Assembly: GCA_963758635.1 (NCBI GenBank)
Contig: CAVWWD010000003.1
Coordinates: forward strand, 64,001-128,000
Source of the DNA: an uncultured Candidatus Rokubacteria bacterium
Lineage (GTDB): Bacteria > Methylomirabilota > Methylomirabilia > Rokubacteriales > CSP1-6
DNA length: 64,000 bases
Direction of reading: 5' to 3'
The translations under genes were made by a program, and so were the position numbers. Positions 1 to 9,968 of this stretch are shown here, in pieces. The first letter of the stretch is position 1. Each line of letters starts with the position of its first letter. Under the pieces are notes generated by a model. The model searched no databases. It saw only the letters and a program-made list of their open reading frames with translations, and had not been told where the DNA came from.

Positions 1-755
1 TCTACCCGGTGGCGCCCATCCTGCCCGCGGTGAGCCAGTGGTTCCTCGAGCCCGGCCGGCGGGGCGACGAGGACCTGGTGGCCCGGCTGCGGGAGGCCGC
101 CCTCCGCGACGACGGCGTGAGGGTGGGCGTGCTCCACTCGGCGAACGAGCGCGGCGACCGCGGCGGCTTCTCGCTCTACGTGCCGGAGACGTGGGACGGC
201 CGCGCGGCGATGCCGCTGGTGGTGGCCCTCCACGGCGGCTCCGGGCACGGCCGCGACTTCCTCTGGGTGTGGCTGCGCGAGGCCCGCGCGCGGGGCCTGC
301 TGCTCATGGCGCCCACGTCGCAGGACCGCACGTGGTCGATCATGGGCGGGCCCGACCAGGACGCCGACCCCATCCGCGAGGCCGTGGCGGGCGTCGCCTC
401 GCGGTATCCGGTGGACCGCGACCGCATCCTCCTCACCGGCATGTCGGACGGCGCCACGTACGCGCTCGTCGTGGGCCTGCGCGAGGACATGCCGTTCACC
501 CACCTGGCTCCCGCGTGCGGCGTCCTGCACCCCGTGCTCCTCGCCGACGGGCGCATCGGCCGCCTCAAGGACCGTCCCGTCTACCTGGTCCACGGCGCGC
601 TGGACTGGATGTTCCCGGTCGGCACGGCGCAGATGATGCGCCAGGTGCTCGAGGTCACGGGCGCGCGGCTCGTGTACCGGGAGATCGAGGACCTCTCGCA
701 CACGTACCCGCGCGACGAGAACCCGCGGATCCTCGACTGGCTGATGAGCGCGTGA
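1..755 (+). CDS. Phospholipase/carboxylesterase-type alpha/beta hydrolase (probably 5'-truncated by the window edge)
   Basis: LVVALHGG oxyanion motif, GMSDG nucleophile elbow, HGALD and a C-terminal His (LSHTY). The frame is open back to the window start. Confidence 0.8.
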   Translation, partial: YPVAPILPAVSQWFLEPGRRGDEDLVARLREAALRDDGVRVGVLHSANERGDRGGFSLYVPETWDGRAAMPLVVALHGGSGHGRDFLWVWLREARARGLLLMAPTSQDRTWSIMGGPDQDADPIREAVAGVASRYPVDRDRILLTGMSDGATYALVVGLREDMPFTHLAPACGVLHPVLLADGRIGRLKDRPVYLVHGALDWMFPVGTAQMMRQVLEVTGARLVYREIEDLSHTYPRDENPRILDWLMSA

Positions 756-836
756 GCGGCGTATGATCTCCGCGGGCCCGGCGAGTCTCCGCGGGCCGCG
801 GTCGTCTTCACACTCGATCCCGCGAAAGGAGCCCCG

Positions 837-1608
837 ATGACTGTCACGCCCCAGGATGTCCCGTCGATGCGCGAGCGGGTCTCGCCCGAGGAGTGGGCGG
901 TGCGCGTGGACCTCGCCGCCAGCTACCGGCTCGTGCACGACTTCGGCTGGGAGGATCTCGTCTTCACCCACATCACGGCGCGGGTGCCCGGCACCCAGGA
1001 CCAGTTCCTCATCAACCCGTACGGGCTCTTCTTCGACGAGATCACCGCGTCGAGCCTGGTGAAGATCGACCTCCGCGGCGAGAAGGTGGGCGAGTCGCCG
1101 TTCCCGGTGAACCCCGCCGGCTTCGTGATCCACAGCGCCATCCACGCCGCGCGTCACGACGCCCGCTGCGTGCTCCACACCCACACGGTGAACGGCGTGG
1201 CGGTGGCCGCGCAGCGCGAGGGGCTCCTGCCGCTGTCCCAGCACTCGATGTTCGTGCTCCCGAGCCTGGGCTACCACGACTTCGAGGGCCCGGCGCTCCG
1301 CGACGACGAGAAGCCGCGCCTCGTCGCCGACCTGGGCGACAACACCTCGCTGATCCTCCGCAACCACGGGCTCCTCACGGTGGGCGAGACGGTCGCGGAG
1401 GCCTTCTTCGCGATGTACTACCTGGAGACGTCCTGCGCCATCCAGGTGCGCGCGCAGGCCGGGGGCGGCGAGCTGATCCCCGTGCCGAAGGAGGTGCTCG
1501 ACGGCGCCTACGGGCAGGGCGTCGGCCGCGCCTCGCGCCAGGCCGCGCTGGTGTGGCCCGGCCTGCTGCGGCGGCTGGACCGCAGCCGACCCCTCGTACA
1601 AGAACTGA
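837..1608 (+). CDS. Class II aldolase/adducin family protein (1-nt indel near 1587; corrected end LDRSDPSYKN*)
   Basis: Motifs THITAR, GFVIHSAIH, HTHT and LRNHG. AAGGAG RBS before ATG 837. Removing one base gives TGA at 1606-1608. Confidence 0.85.
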
Positions 1609-1615
1609 TCGCGAA

Positions 1616-1736
1616 ACCCTCTCCCCTCTGGGGAGAGGGCAGGGTGAGGGGCGGTGGCGCAACCTCGCGGATCGACCGCCGAGCTGGTTCGACCGACCCT
1701 CACCCCGACCCTCTCCCTCGAAGGGAGAGGGGGAGG
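1616..1736. repeat. Palindromic REP-like element, copy 1 (CCCTCTCCC..GGGAGAGGG hairpins in inverted arrangement)
   Basis: aaccctctcccctctggggagagggcagggtgagggg ... gaccctcaccccgaccctctccctcgaagggagaggg. Near-identical arms occur at 39956-40068. Confidence 0.85.
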
Positions 1737-1742
1737 ACGGAG

Positions 1743-2574
1743 CTACCGCCCCGTGAGTCCCTGGATGAAGCGGTCCAGGACCAGGTTGAACAGGATGGCC
1801 GTGGGAATCCCCACCAGGAGCGCGCCGGCCATCAGCGAGCCCCAGAAGAAGATGTCCCCGCGGATCAGCATGGTCGGGAGCCCGACCGTGACCACTTTCT
1901 CCTCCACCGGAGCCGAGAGCACCACCGCGTAGAGGTACTCCTGCATCGAGAGGGTGAAGGCGAAGATCCCCGTCGTCACCACCCCGGGCAGGGACAGCGG
2001 CAGGACGACCCGCAGCAGTCCGCCCACCACGCCGCAGCCGTCGAGCCACGCCGCCTCCTCCACCTCGAGAGGCACCGCGCGGAAGAAGCCGGACATGAGC
2101 CACGTGCAGAACGGGATGGTGAACGTCGGGTACACGAGCACCAGCGCCCACCGCGTATCCATGAGCCCGAGCCGGCCGACCAGCGCGGTGAGGGGGATGA
2201 ACAGGATGATGGACGGCACGAGATAGGTCATGAACAGCGCGATGCCGAACTTGTCCGCGCCGCGGACCTTCCCTCGGGCGATCGCGTACGCCGCGGGCAC
2301 GGCGGCGCACCAGGGTGATCGCCACGACGCACGCGGACACCGTCGCCGTGTTGACGAGCCAGGTGCCGAACCACGTCTCGTGGAACAGGAGCGCGACGTG
2401 CTTGAGCGTGGGCGGGTCGTGGAACCACAGCGGGAAGCGCATCCGGTAGAGGTCGCGCTCGTCCTTGAACGTCGTGATCACCATCCACAGCAGGGGGAAG
2501 AGGACGATGACGAGGAACGGCGCGAGCCCGGCGTAGACCAGCGCGTTCCGGAGCGCGGGCCGGGGACGCCTCAC
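1743..2574 (-). CDS. Carbohydrate ABC transporter permease (MalG-like), indel near 2305
   Basis: EAA loop (EVEEAAWLDG) and multiple TM segments. The GTG start overlaps the stop of the upstream M20 gene. Confidence 0.85.
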
Positions 2575-4007
2575 CCGCGGCCGGCGCGATGGTGGGCGGC
2601 GACGACGTCCGCCACGCAGGCGGTGAGGCGCTCGGCGTAGGGCACGTGCAGGAACTCGTTCGGGCCGTGCGCGTTCGAGCCCGGTCCGCCCGTGCCCGTG
2701 ATGAAGAACTGGGCGCGCGGGAAGCGCTCGCCGAGCATGGCCATGAACGGGATCGATCCGCCCAGCCCCTTGAACATCGCGGGGCGGCCGAAGTGCCGCT
2801 CCGACGCCTCCTGCACGGCGGTGGTGAGCCAGGGCCGCGTCGCCGGCGCATCCCAGCCCGGCGACGGCGTGGACGCCTCGTAGCGCACGCGGGCGCCGTA
2901 CGGCGGGTCGGCCTCGAGGATCTCGGCGAGCCGGCGCGTGGCCCGCGCCGCGTCGAGGGTGGGCGGGATGCGCAGCGAGAGCTTGAGCTGGGTCACCGGC
3001 CTCAGCACGTTGCCGCCGTCGGCGGGGGCGGGCAGGCCGGCGGCGCCGGTGATCTCCAGCGCGGGCGCCCAGGTGTTGGCGAGGAGGAGGTCGACCGGCT
3101 GCTCGTGCGCGTAGCGCATGCCGGGCACCAGCGGGTAGCGCCCGGAGAGCTCGTCGCCCAGGGCCTCGGCCACCTCGCGGGCCTCCGCCACCCGCGCGGG
3201 CGGCAGCTCGACGTGGAAGTCGCGCGCGATCACCCCGGTGCGCTCGTCCTCGAGTCGCGAGAGGATCTGGCGCGCGATGCGGAAGCTCGACGGCACGATG
3301 CCGCTGGCCGCGCCCGAGTGCACGCCCTCGGTGAGCACCTCCACCGTGAGCACGCCGTTGACGAGGCCGCGAAGCGACGTGGTGCCCCAGAGCTGGTCGT
3401 AGTTGCCGCAGCCGGAGTCCAGGCAGATCACGAGGTCGGGCGCGCCGAGGCGCCCGGCGAGGGCGTCCATGTAGGCGGGCAGGTCCATGCTGCCGCTTTC
3501 CTCGCTGCCCTCGATCAGCACCACGCACCGCGCGTGCGGGGCGCCGGCGCGCTGCACGGCCTCGATGGCGGTGAGCGCGCAGAAGGCGGCGTAGCCGTCG
3601 TCCTGCACGCCGCGCCCGTAGAGCTTCTCGCCGCGCCGCACCGGCGTCCACGGGCCGAGGCCGTCGGCCCAGCCCACCATCTCCGGCTGCTTGTCGCAGT
3701 GGCCGTAGAGGAGGATCGTCTCGGACGACGTCCCGGGCACCTCGAACAGGAGGAGCGGGGTGCGCCCCGGCAGCCGGACCGTCTCCGCCTTCAGGCCCTC
3801 GATCGGCCGCTGGCGTCCCCAGCTCTCGATGAGCGCGGCGGCGCGGTCGATGTGCCCGTGCGCGGCCCACTCCCGGTCGAACGCGGGCGACTTGGCCGGG
3901 ATCTCGATGAAACGCGTGAGCGCGGGAACGACGTCGTCCTCCCAGCGGTGGTGGACGAACGCGAGCGTGTCGGCGGCGGGCAGCGGACTCGACGGAGTAG
4001 GGCTCAT
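2571..4007 (-). CDS. M20/M25/M40 family metallopeptidase (DapE/Cys-Gly dipeptidase-like)
   Basis: Motifs YGHCDKQP, LYGRGVQDDG, EGSEESGS and NAHGPNE. Confidence 0.9.
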   Translation of the reverse strand: MSPTPSSPLPAADTLAFVHHRWEDDVVPALTRFIEIPAKSPAFDREWAAHGHIDRAAALIESWGRQRPIEGLKAETVRLPGRTPLLLFEVPGTSSETILLYGHCDKQPEMVGWADGLGPWTPVRRGEKLYGRGVQDDGYAAFCALTAIEAVQRAGAPHARCVVLIEGSEESGSMDLPAYMDALAGRLGAPDLVICLDSGCGNYDQLWGTTSLRGLVNGVLTVEVLTEGVHSGAASGIVPSSFRIARQILSRLEDERTGVIARDFHVELPPARVAEAREVAEALGDELSGRYPLVPGMRYAHEQPVDLLLANTWAPALEITGAAGLPAPADGGNVLRPVTQLKLSLRIPPTLDAARATRRLAEILEADPPYGARVRYEASTPSPGWDAPATRPWLTTAVQEASERHFGRPAMFKGLGGSIPFMAMLGERFPRAQFFITGTGGPGSNAHGPNEFLHVPYAERLTACVADVVAAHHRAGRG

Positions 4008-4312
4008 GGCCGCTCACCGTAGCACCGGCCCCGGGCCCGTGCAACGACGTGGGGACGGCCGCCTCACCCCGACGACGAGCGCTGCCGCGCCGGGGCGACG
4101 CGAAAACTGCCCGCCGGCGAGGCGGCAAGTGTGTCATCCTCTGGGCAGCATCTGGGTTCGGCTGGCGGTTCATCGGGGACCCTCCCTCTCCAGATCGCGT
4201 CTCTGGCACGGACTTCCGCGTTCCAGAGCACGCCCTCAACGCGGAAGATGCGACTGGAGGCTCGCTCAATGGCATCCATGCCCTTCGGTCGCGCGAAGGA
4301 GCGGCGCGCGCG

Positions 4313-4528
4313 ATGCAGGTCATAGCGTTCTCGACACCGTCCCGTCCGGAGTGGCGCTGGCGCATCGTGAGCTACTCGGGAGAGCTCGTCGAGGAGTCGC
4401 GGGAGACGTTCTCGACGATCGGCATCGCGGTGGCGCGCGGGACGAAGCGCCTGACCGAGCTGAACATCGTCGACCGTTCCGTGGCCGCCACGCCGTACCG
4501 ATCGACCTCTCATCTGCGGAGGCGGTGA
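4313..4528 (+). CDS. Small protein (71 aa), YegP/DUF1508-like
   Basis: AAGGAG RBS upstream. PEWRWRIVSYSGELVEES resembles the WRWRL..NG...a.S pattern of DUF1508 (recognised by eye). Confidence 0.6.
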   Translation: MQVIAFSTPSRPEWRWRIVSYSGELVEESRETFSTIGIAVARGTKRLTELNIVDRSVAATPYRSTSHLRRR

Positions 4529-4584
4529 CCCGCCTCCGGCCCGCCTTGCCGCCGTCGCGGGCCGTAGCGCCGTGACGGCGAGCC

Positions 4585-5544
4585 TCACAGATAGCGCTCC
4601 AGCCTGGCCCGGCCCTGCCGGCGGAGGAACGGGGCCCAGAGATCCCCGCGACGCCGCACGCGCGTGGGCACGGTGTCGATCCGGAAGTCCTCGATGCGCA
4701 CGCCGCGCTCCACCTCGGCCCACGTGACCGGCGTGGAGACGGCGGCGCGCGGGTGCGGACGGACGGAGTAGACGGAGGCCAGCGTCTGGCCCCACGCGTT
4801 CTGGTTGTAGTCCACGAGGATGCGGCCGGCGGGCCGGCGCGCGATCCGGTACTCCGCGGTGAGGACGGCGGGGCGGGCCGCGGCGAGGCCGAGGGAGAAC
4901 GCCTTGGCGAACTCCCACACCTGCTTCTGCGTGGGCCCGCGGACGATCGGGACGTAGACGTGGATGCCGCGGGAGCCCGTCGTCTTCGCCACGCTCGCCA
5001 TGCCCAGCCCCGAGAGGCCTTCGCGCACGAGCAGCGCCGCCTCCGAGACGCGCTCGAACGGCGGCGTGCCCACGGGATCGAGGTCGAAGTGGAGCACGTC
5101 CGGGCGATCCACGTCGTCGCAGGTCGCGTACCACGGGTTCAGGTCGATGCACCCCAGGTTCACCACCCAGAGCAGCGAGAGGAGGTCCTGGACCATCGGG
5201 AAGTCGATGACGTTCCCGGAGTCGTGCTCGATGGCGCAGGTCTCGATCCATGGTGGCCGCGGAGAGGGCGCGCGCTTCATGAAGAACGATGGGCCGCGGG
5301 CGCCGTCCGGGTAGCGCCGCATCACCATCGCGCGGTCGCGCAGGTGGGGCACGAGGACCGACGCCATGTCCGCGTAGTACTGGAGCAGCCCGCCCTTGGT
5401 GATGCCGAGGTCGGGCCAGAACGGCTTGCGCAGGTTGGTGAGGGTGACGCTCCGGCCGCCCGCGCGGATCTCGACGGTGTCCTGGTCGAGCGGCAGCCGG
5501 AGCGCGGGCGCCCGCGATCGCGACCGGGCCGCCCGTGGGGTCAC
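4585..5544 (-). CDS. Stand-alone LigD-type primase-polymerase (Prim-Pol/PolDom)
   Basis: Motifs LTNLRKPFWP, TKGGLLQYY, RYPDG, FDLDP, KTTGSRGIHVYVP, VDYNQN and YSVR. No ligase or phosphoesterase domain. GTG start overlaps the upstream stop. Confidence 0.9.
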   Translation of the reverse strand: MTPRAARSRSRAPALRLPLDQDTVEIRAGGRSVTLTNLRKPFWPDLGITKGGLLQYYADMASVLVPHLRDRAMVMRRYPDGARGPSFFMKRAPSPRPPWIETCAIEHDSGNVIDFPMVQDLLSLLWVVNLGCIDLNPWYATCDDVDRPDVLHFDLDPVGTPPFERVSEAALLVREGLSGLGMASVAKTTGSRGIHVYVPIVRGPTQKQVWEFAKAFSLGLAAARPAVLTAEYRIARRPAGRILVDYNQNAWGQTLASVYSVRPHPRAAVSTPVTWAEVERGVRIEDFRIDTVPTRVRRRGDLWAPFLRRQGRARLERYL

Positions 5545-6158
5545 GGAGGCGTCCCGCGCCGCGGCACGAGGCGCGGCGGCCGCGGGCCGTGCCGGGCCGA
5601 GCCCACCACGGGCGCGTAGTCGAGCTCCTCGCCCGCGTCCGCGCACCGGAGCAGGAGGCCGCCCCGGCTCATGTCGCCGCGGCCCACGAAGGCGGGCGGG
5701 AAGACGAGGCGATCGCCCAGCACCTCGTGGAGCGGGTCGACGTACTTGCCCGTGGCCACGCTGCCGAGGAGGACGAACCGCGTGCCGGCCGGCCGTCGCG
5801 CGAGGAGCGCGCGGGCGTCGCGCAGCAGCGGATCCCGGTAGCGCGCGTCGTCGGCGTGGATGTCCACGGTCGCGTACTGCTGGAGGCGGGAGAGGTCCAC
5901 CATCACGTCCGGAGGGAGCAGCCCCTCCGCGGGTGTGATGACGCGCACGTCGTCCGCGGCCTCCCCGGCGAAGGCGCGCGCGTACGCGAGCTTGCCGCGG
6001 AAGTAGAGGCCGCTCATGAACGAGAAGACCTCGCCGAGCGGCGCGCCGCCGGGAGCGCGCAGGCGGCGGGCCAGGTCGAACTCCGCCCGGGGATTCGTGA
6101 GGATGCGGGCGCGCTGGCCCCCGCAATGCGCGGGGGACAGCAAGAAGACGCGGCTCAC
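5541..6158 (-). CDS. Conserved-looking hypothetical protein (205 aa) coupled between polX and the Prim-Pol gene
   Basis: Clean ORF with GTGA overlaps at both ends. Globular alpha/beta pattern (VFLLSPA, LYFRGKL, VITPAEGL, LLGSVATGKY). Confidence 0.75.
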   Translation of the reverse strand: MSRVFLLSPAHCGGQRARILTNPRAEFDLARRLRAPGGAPLGEVFSFMSGLYFRGKLAYARAFAGEAADDVRVITPAEGLLPPDVMVDLSRLQQYATVDIHADDARYRDPLLRDARALLARRPAGTRFVLLGSVATGKYVDPLHEVLGDRLVFPPAFVGRGDMSRGGLLLRCADAGEELDYAPVVGSARHGPRPPRLVPRRGTPP

Positions 6159-7872
6159 GGCCGGACGGCCCTTCGGAACTCCTCGGCGCCGAGCGTGTTC
6201 AGCACCTCACCGCGGCGGATCCAGCCCCGTCGCGCGATCGCCACGCCGTACCGGTCGTTGGCGAGGGCCGCCACCGAGTGGGCGTCGGTGGAGACGACGA
6301 AGGGGATGCCCCGCTCGCGCGCGGCACGGAGCCAGCGCGGCTCCATGTCGAGCCGGCGCGGATCGCCGTTCACCTCGACCGCCCCCCGCGAGGCGGCGAG
6401 CCCGTCGAGCACCGCCTCCATGTCGCACTCGAAGGGCGGCCGCGACGGGATGAGGCGGCCGCGCGCGTGGCCCCAGATCTTGAACACCGGCCACGAGAGC
6501 GCGCGCAGGAGCCGGCGCGTCATCTGCTCCGCGTTCATCCGATGCCGCGCGTGGACGCTCGCGATGACCACGTCCATCTGCTCGAGGATCGCGTCCGGGT
6601 AGTCGAGGGCGCCGTCGGCGAGGATGTCGCACTCCGTGCCGCGGAGCAGGCGCACGCGGACGCGCTCCTGCACGCGCGCGATCTCCTCCCACTGCGCGGC
6701 GAGACGGTCCAGGCCGAGGCCGTTCGCGTAGTGGGCGGCCGCGGAGTGGTCGGTGATCGTGATGTAGTCCATGCCCAGGGCGTCGGCGGCGCGGGCCATC
6801 TCCTCGATCGTGGCGGTTCCGTCCGAGTATACGGTGTGGCAGTGCACGAGCCCCCGCAGGTCGCGGGACTCGAGCAGGTCGGCGGGCAGCGTGCCGGCCG
6901 CCGCGGCCTCGATCTCGCCCTGGTCCTCCCGCAGCTCGGGCGGGACGGGTTCGAGGCCGAGCGCGCGGTAGAGCGCGGGCTCGTCGTCCACGGGGAGCGC
7001 GGTGTCGCTGCCCGCGCGCGCGAGAGCGCCAGCGGCTCCAGCGCGAGGCCGCGCGCCTGGGCGATGCGCTCGAGCCGCGCGAGGTGGGCCGCCGAGCCCG
7101 TGCGGCGGTGTGACGGCGACCGACGAAGGCCGGGGGCGGCACCACGTGGAGCGAGAGGTCCACGCCGTCGGCGAGCCTGACGCGGCATGCGTCGGGCGAG
7201 CGATCCACGACGGCCGGCCACCGGCGGAAAGCGGAGGAAGCCGTCGATGACGGGCGCGGCCGCGCGCGCCGCGGCGACCAGCTCGATCTCGTCGACCAGC
7301 TCCACCGCGCGCCGGAGCGCCCCCGCCGTCTCGACGCGCTCCACGCCGGGCAGCGACGCCACGTACGCGGCGATGTGCTCGGCCGCGCGATTCGCCTCGT
7401 CCAGGCGCAGGCCGCGCGCCGCCGGACGCGGCTCCGCGAGCGCGGCGAGGAGATTCCGCGCCGCCCGATCCCCGAAGCCGGGCACGCGGGCGAGGGTTCC
7501 CGCCTCCGCGGCCGCGCGCAGGGTGGCCACGCTGTCGATGCCCGCCTCGGAGAGCGCGCGGATCTTCGCGAGGCCGAGCCCGGGCACCTGGCTCAGCTCG
7601 AGCACGCCGCGCGGGAGCGATCCGCGCAGGTCCTCGAGGAGGCCGGACCGCCCGGTACGGTGGAGCTCGGTGATGACGGCGGCGAGGCCCCGGCCGATGC
7701 CGGGAATGGTGGTGAGCCGCGCCCCGCGCACCATCTCGTCGAGGTCGCCGGCGAGCGCCTCGATCGCGCGCGCACCGCGCGCGTAGGCGCGCACGCGCGG
7801 CGCCTCGCCGCCGCTCGCGGCCAGGAGCTGCCCGATCTCGCGGAGCGCGCGGGCGATGTCGAGGCGGTCCGT
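6155..7872 (-). CDS. polX: DNA polymerase X family/PHP exonuclease, non-canonical polymerase site (several indels at about 7000-7210)
   Basis: N-terminal DRLDIARALREIG...AYARGA, HhH motifs (IPGIGRG, VPGLG, VPGFG) and an intact PHP domain (HCHTVYSDG, TDHS, GTECD, SVH, GHARGR, TDAH). AGGAGG RBS precedes an ACG codon at 7872. Confidence 0.85.
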
Positions 7873-7880
7873 GGTGCCTC

Positions 7881-7940
7881 CTACTGAGCCCCGCGCATCA
7901 GACTAACGCCGAGCGGTGGGACTGTAGAGGCCCGTGGCGG
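7881..7940 (-). repeat. ~60-bp hairpin repeat family A, copy 1 (abuts the polX RBS)
   Basis: The reverse complement matches 57857-57916 at 57/60 positions by eye. Confidence 0.9.
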
Positions 7941-7962
7941 TTACCCCATTGTGTGAGGGGCA

Positions 7963-8205
7963 CTACGTGCGACGCCGGTCGCGCGCCTCGAGGATCTCGG
8001 CCGAGCTCTGCACCGGGGTCTCGGGCCCGCGCGAGATCCCGAGCTCACGGTCGAGCTCCTCCGGATCGCGCTCCTCGGGGCTCTCCTCGTCGGTCATCGC
8101 GGCTTCCTCGCGCTGCTCGATCTCCTCCACCGTGCGCTCGTCCGTGCGCGGGAGATCCTCGGTCGTGCCGTCCGGCGCCGTCTGGTTCCGTCGTCGTCTC
8201 GCCAT
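7963..8205 (-). CDS. Small acidic, probably disordered protein (80 aa)
   Basis: Strong AGGAGGA RBS. MARRRRN...EEAAMTDEESPEERDPEELDRE composition. Confidence 0.6.
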   Translation of the reverse strand: MARRRRNQTAPDGTTEDLPRTDERTVEEIEQREEAAMTDEESPEERDPEELDRELGISRGPETPVQSSAEILEARDRRRT

Positions 8206-8366
8206 CGGTGCGGTCCTCCTTGCTCGCGCGGAATCTTGCATAGAGTGTTCCGCGCGCGCGACCGGCGTGAGGACCGCGGGGAAATGCCGGCTCCGCAAGG
8301 AGCGGCGGGATCGCGGCGGCGACGACACGCGCGGGGTCGGCACCGATTTACCGCGTAGAAAGGACC

Positions 8367-9033
8367 ATGCGATGGCCCCACCCGGATGCGCAGTGCACCT
8401 CCGCCGCGCCGTTCGTGCCGGCCCATCCCACGCTCGCGTCGCTCCGATCGGCCGTCGGCGGGATGCCGGGGATGCGACCTGTACCGTCACGCCACCCAGA
8501 CCGTGTTCGGCGAGGGCCCCGAGGACGCGCCGCTCATGATGGTGGGCGAGCAGCCGGGGAACGACGAGGACCTCGCCGGGCGCCCCTTCGTGGGACCGGC
8601 GGGCCGGCTCCTCGACCGGGCGATCGCGGAGGCCGGCCTCGACCGCGGCCGGATCTACGTGACGAACGCGGTGAAGCACTTCAAGTGGAAGCAGGAGGGC
8701 GGGGGCAAGCGGCGCATCCACGACAAGCCGAACGCGAGCGAGGTCGAGGCGTGCCGCCCCTGGTTCCAGGCCGAGCTCGACGTGGTCAAGCCGCGCGTGC
8801 TGATGGCGCTCGGCGCCACCGCGGCGCGCGCCATCCTCGGCCCCTCCTTTCGCCTCACGCGCGACCGCGGCCGTCTCGTTCCCTCGCCGCTCGCTCCGCG
8901 CGTGCTCGCCACCGTCCATCCGTCGTCGCTGCTCCGCATCCCCGACGAGGACGAGCGACACGAGGCGATGGTGCGGCTCGTCGACGACCTGCGCGTGGCC
9001 GCGCGCGCCGTCCAGGAGACCGCGTCGCGCTGA
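8367..9033 (+). CDS. udgX: UdgX-type uracil-DNA binding protein (family 4 UDG), indel near 8460
   Basis: CRGCDLY Fe-S motif, VGEQPG, FVGPAG, TNAVKHFK, the UdgX signature KRRIH and TVHPS. Confidence 0.85.
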
Positions 9034-9035
9034 AG

Positions 9036-9968
9036 CTATGGCTGCGCCGCCGCGAGCGCGGCGGCCTTCCTGCGCTCGGTCTCCTCGATCAGGCGGGCGC
9101 GGGCCAGGATGACCTCGGCGCGCTTGTAGACGGGGATGTCCACCATCTTGCCGTCGAGGTTGACGGACGCGGTGCCGCGGCGGAGCCCCTCCTCGAACGC
9201 CTCGACCACGCGCCGCGCGTACTCGACCTTGGCGGGATCGGGCGAGAACACGCGGTTCAGCACGGGGACCTGGTCGGGATGGATGCAGCCCGCGCCCTCG
9301 CAGCCGAGCTGGCGGGCGCGCGCGGCGCCCGCTTCGAACGCCGGAAGATCGCGGAAGCCCGCGATGCTGCCCATCAGCCCGGTGGGCTGGATGCCCGCCA
9401 CCTTGCAGATCGTCACCACGCGCGACACCGCGTAGAGGAGCTCGATGCCGTCGGCCGAGGGCTCCACGCCCAGCTCGAGGCAGTAGTCCTCCACGCCCAC
9501 GCCGAGGGTGGCGATGCGCGGGCTCGCCGCGGCGATGGCCTCGGCCTGGAGCAGGCCGCGCGGCGTCTCGATGGCGAGGGACAGCCGCACGTGCCCGGGC
9601 GTCAGGCCGCGCTCGCGCTCGAGCCGCTCCACGCGCTCGACCAGCTCGCGGATCTGGTCGGGCGACTCCGCCTTCGGCAGCGCGATGCCGTCGAGCCCGG
9701 GATGCACGGCGGCGTCCACGTCGTCCCAGAGGAGCGCGGCGTCGTTGTTCACCCGGACCACCACCTCGCCGCCGCCCCGGCCGGCCAGCGGCAGGGCGTC
9801 CTTCACGAGGCGCCTCGCGCTCGCCTTCTCCGCGGCGGGCACGGAGTCCTCCAGGTCCAGCGTCACCGCGTCGGCGCCGCGGAACGCCGCGCGCTCCACG
9901 AAGCGCGGCACGTTCACGGGCAGGATCAGCGACGAGCGTCGCGCGCGCTTGCCGGCCGGAGCGCTCAT
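9036..9968 (-). CDS. CoA-ester lyase (CitE/HpcH-HpaI family)
   Basis: Motifs DLEDSV, VRVN, LPKAES, IETPRG, CIHPDQ and GKMVDIP. Confidence 0.88.
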   Translation of the reverse strand: MSAPAGKRARRSSLILPVNVPRFVERAAFRGADAVTLDLEDSVPAAEKASARRLVKDALPLAGRGGGEVVVRVNNDAALLWDDVDAAVHPGLDGIALPKAESPDQIRELVERVERLERERGLTPGHVRLSLAIETPRGLLQAEAIAAASPRIATLGVGVEDYCLELGVEPSADGIELLYAVSRVVTICKVAGIQPTGLMGSIAGFRDLPAFEAGAARARQLGCEGAGCIHPDQVPVLNRVFSPDPAKVEYARRVVEAFEEGLRRGTASVNLDGKMVDIPVYKRAEVILARARLIEETERRKAAALAAAQP

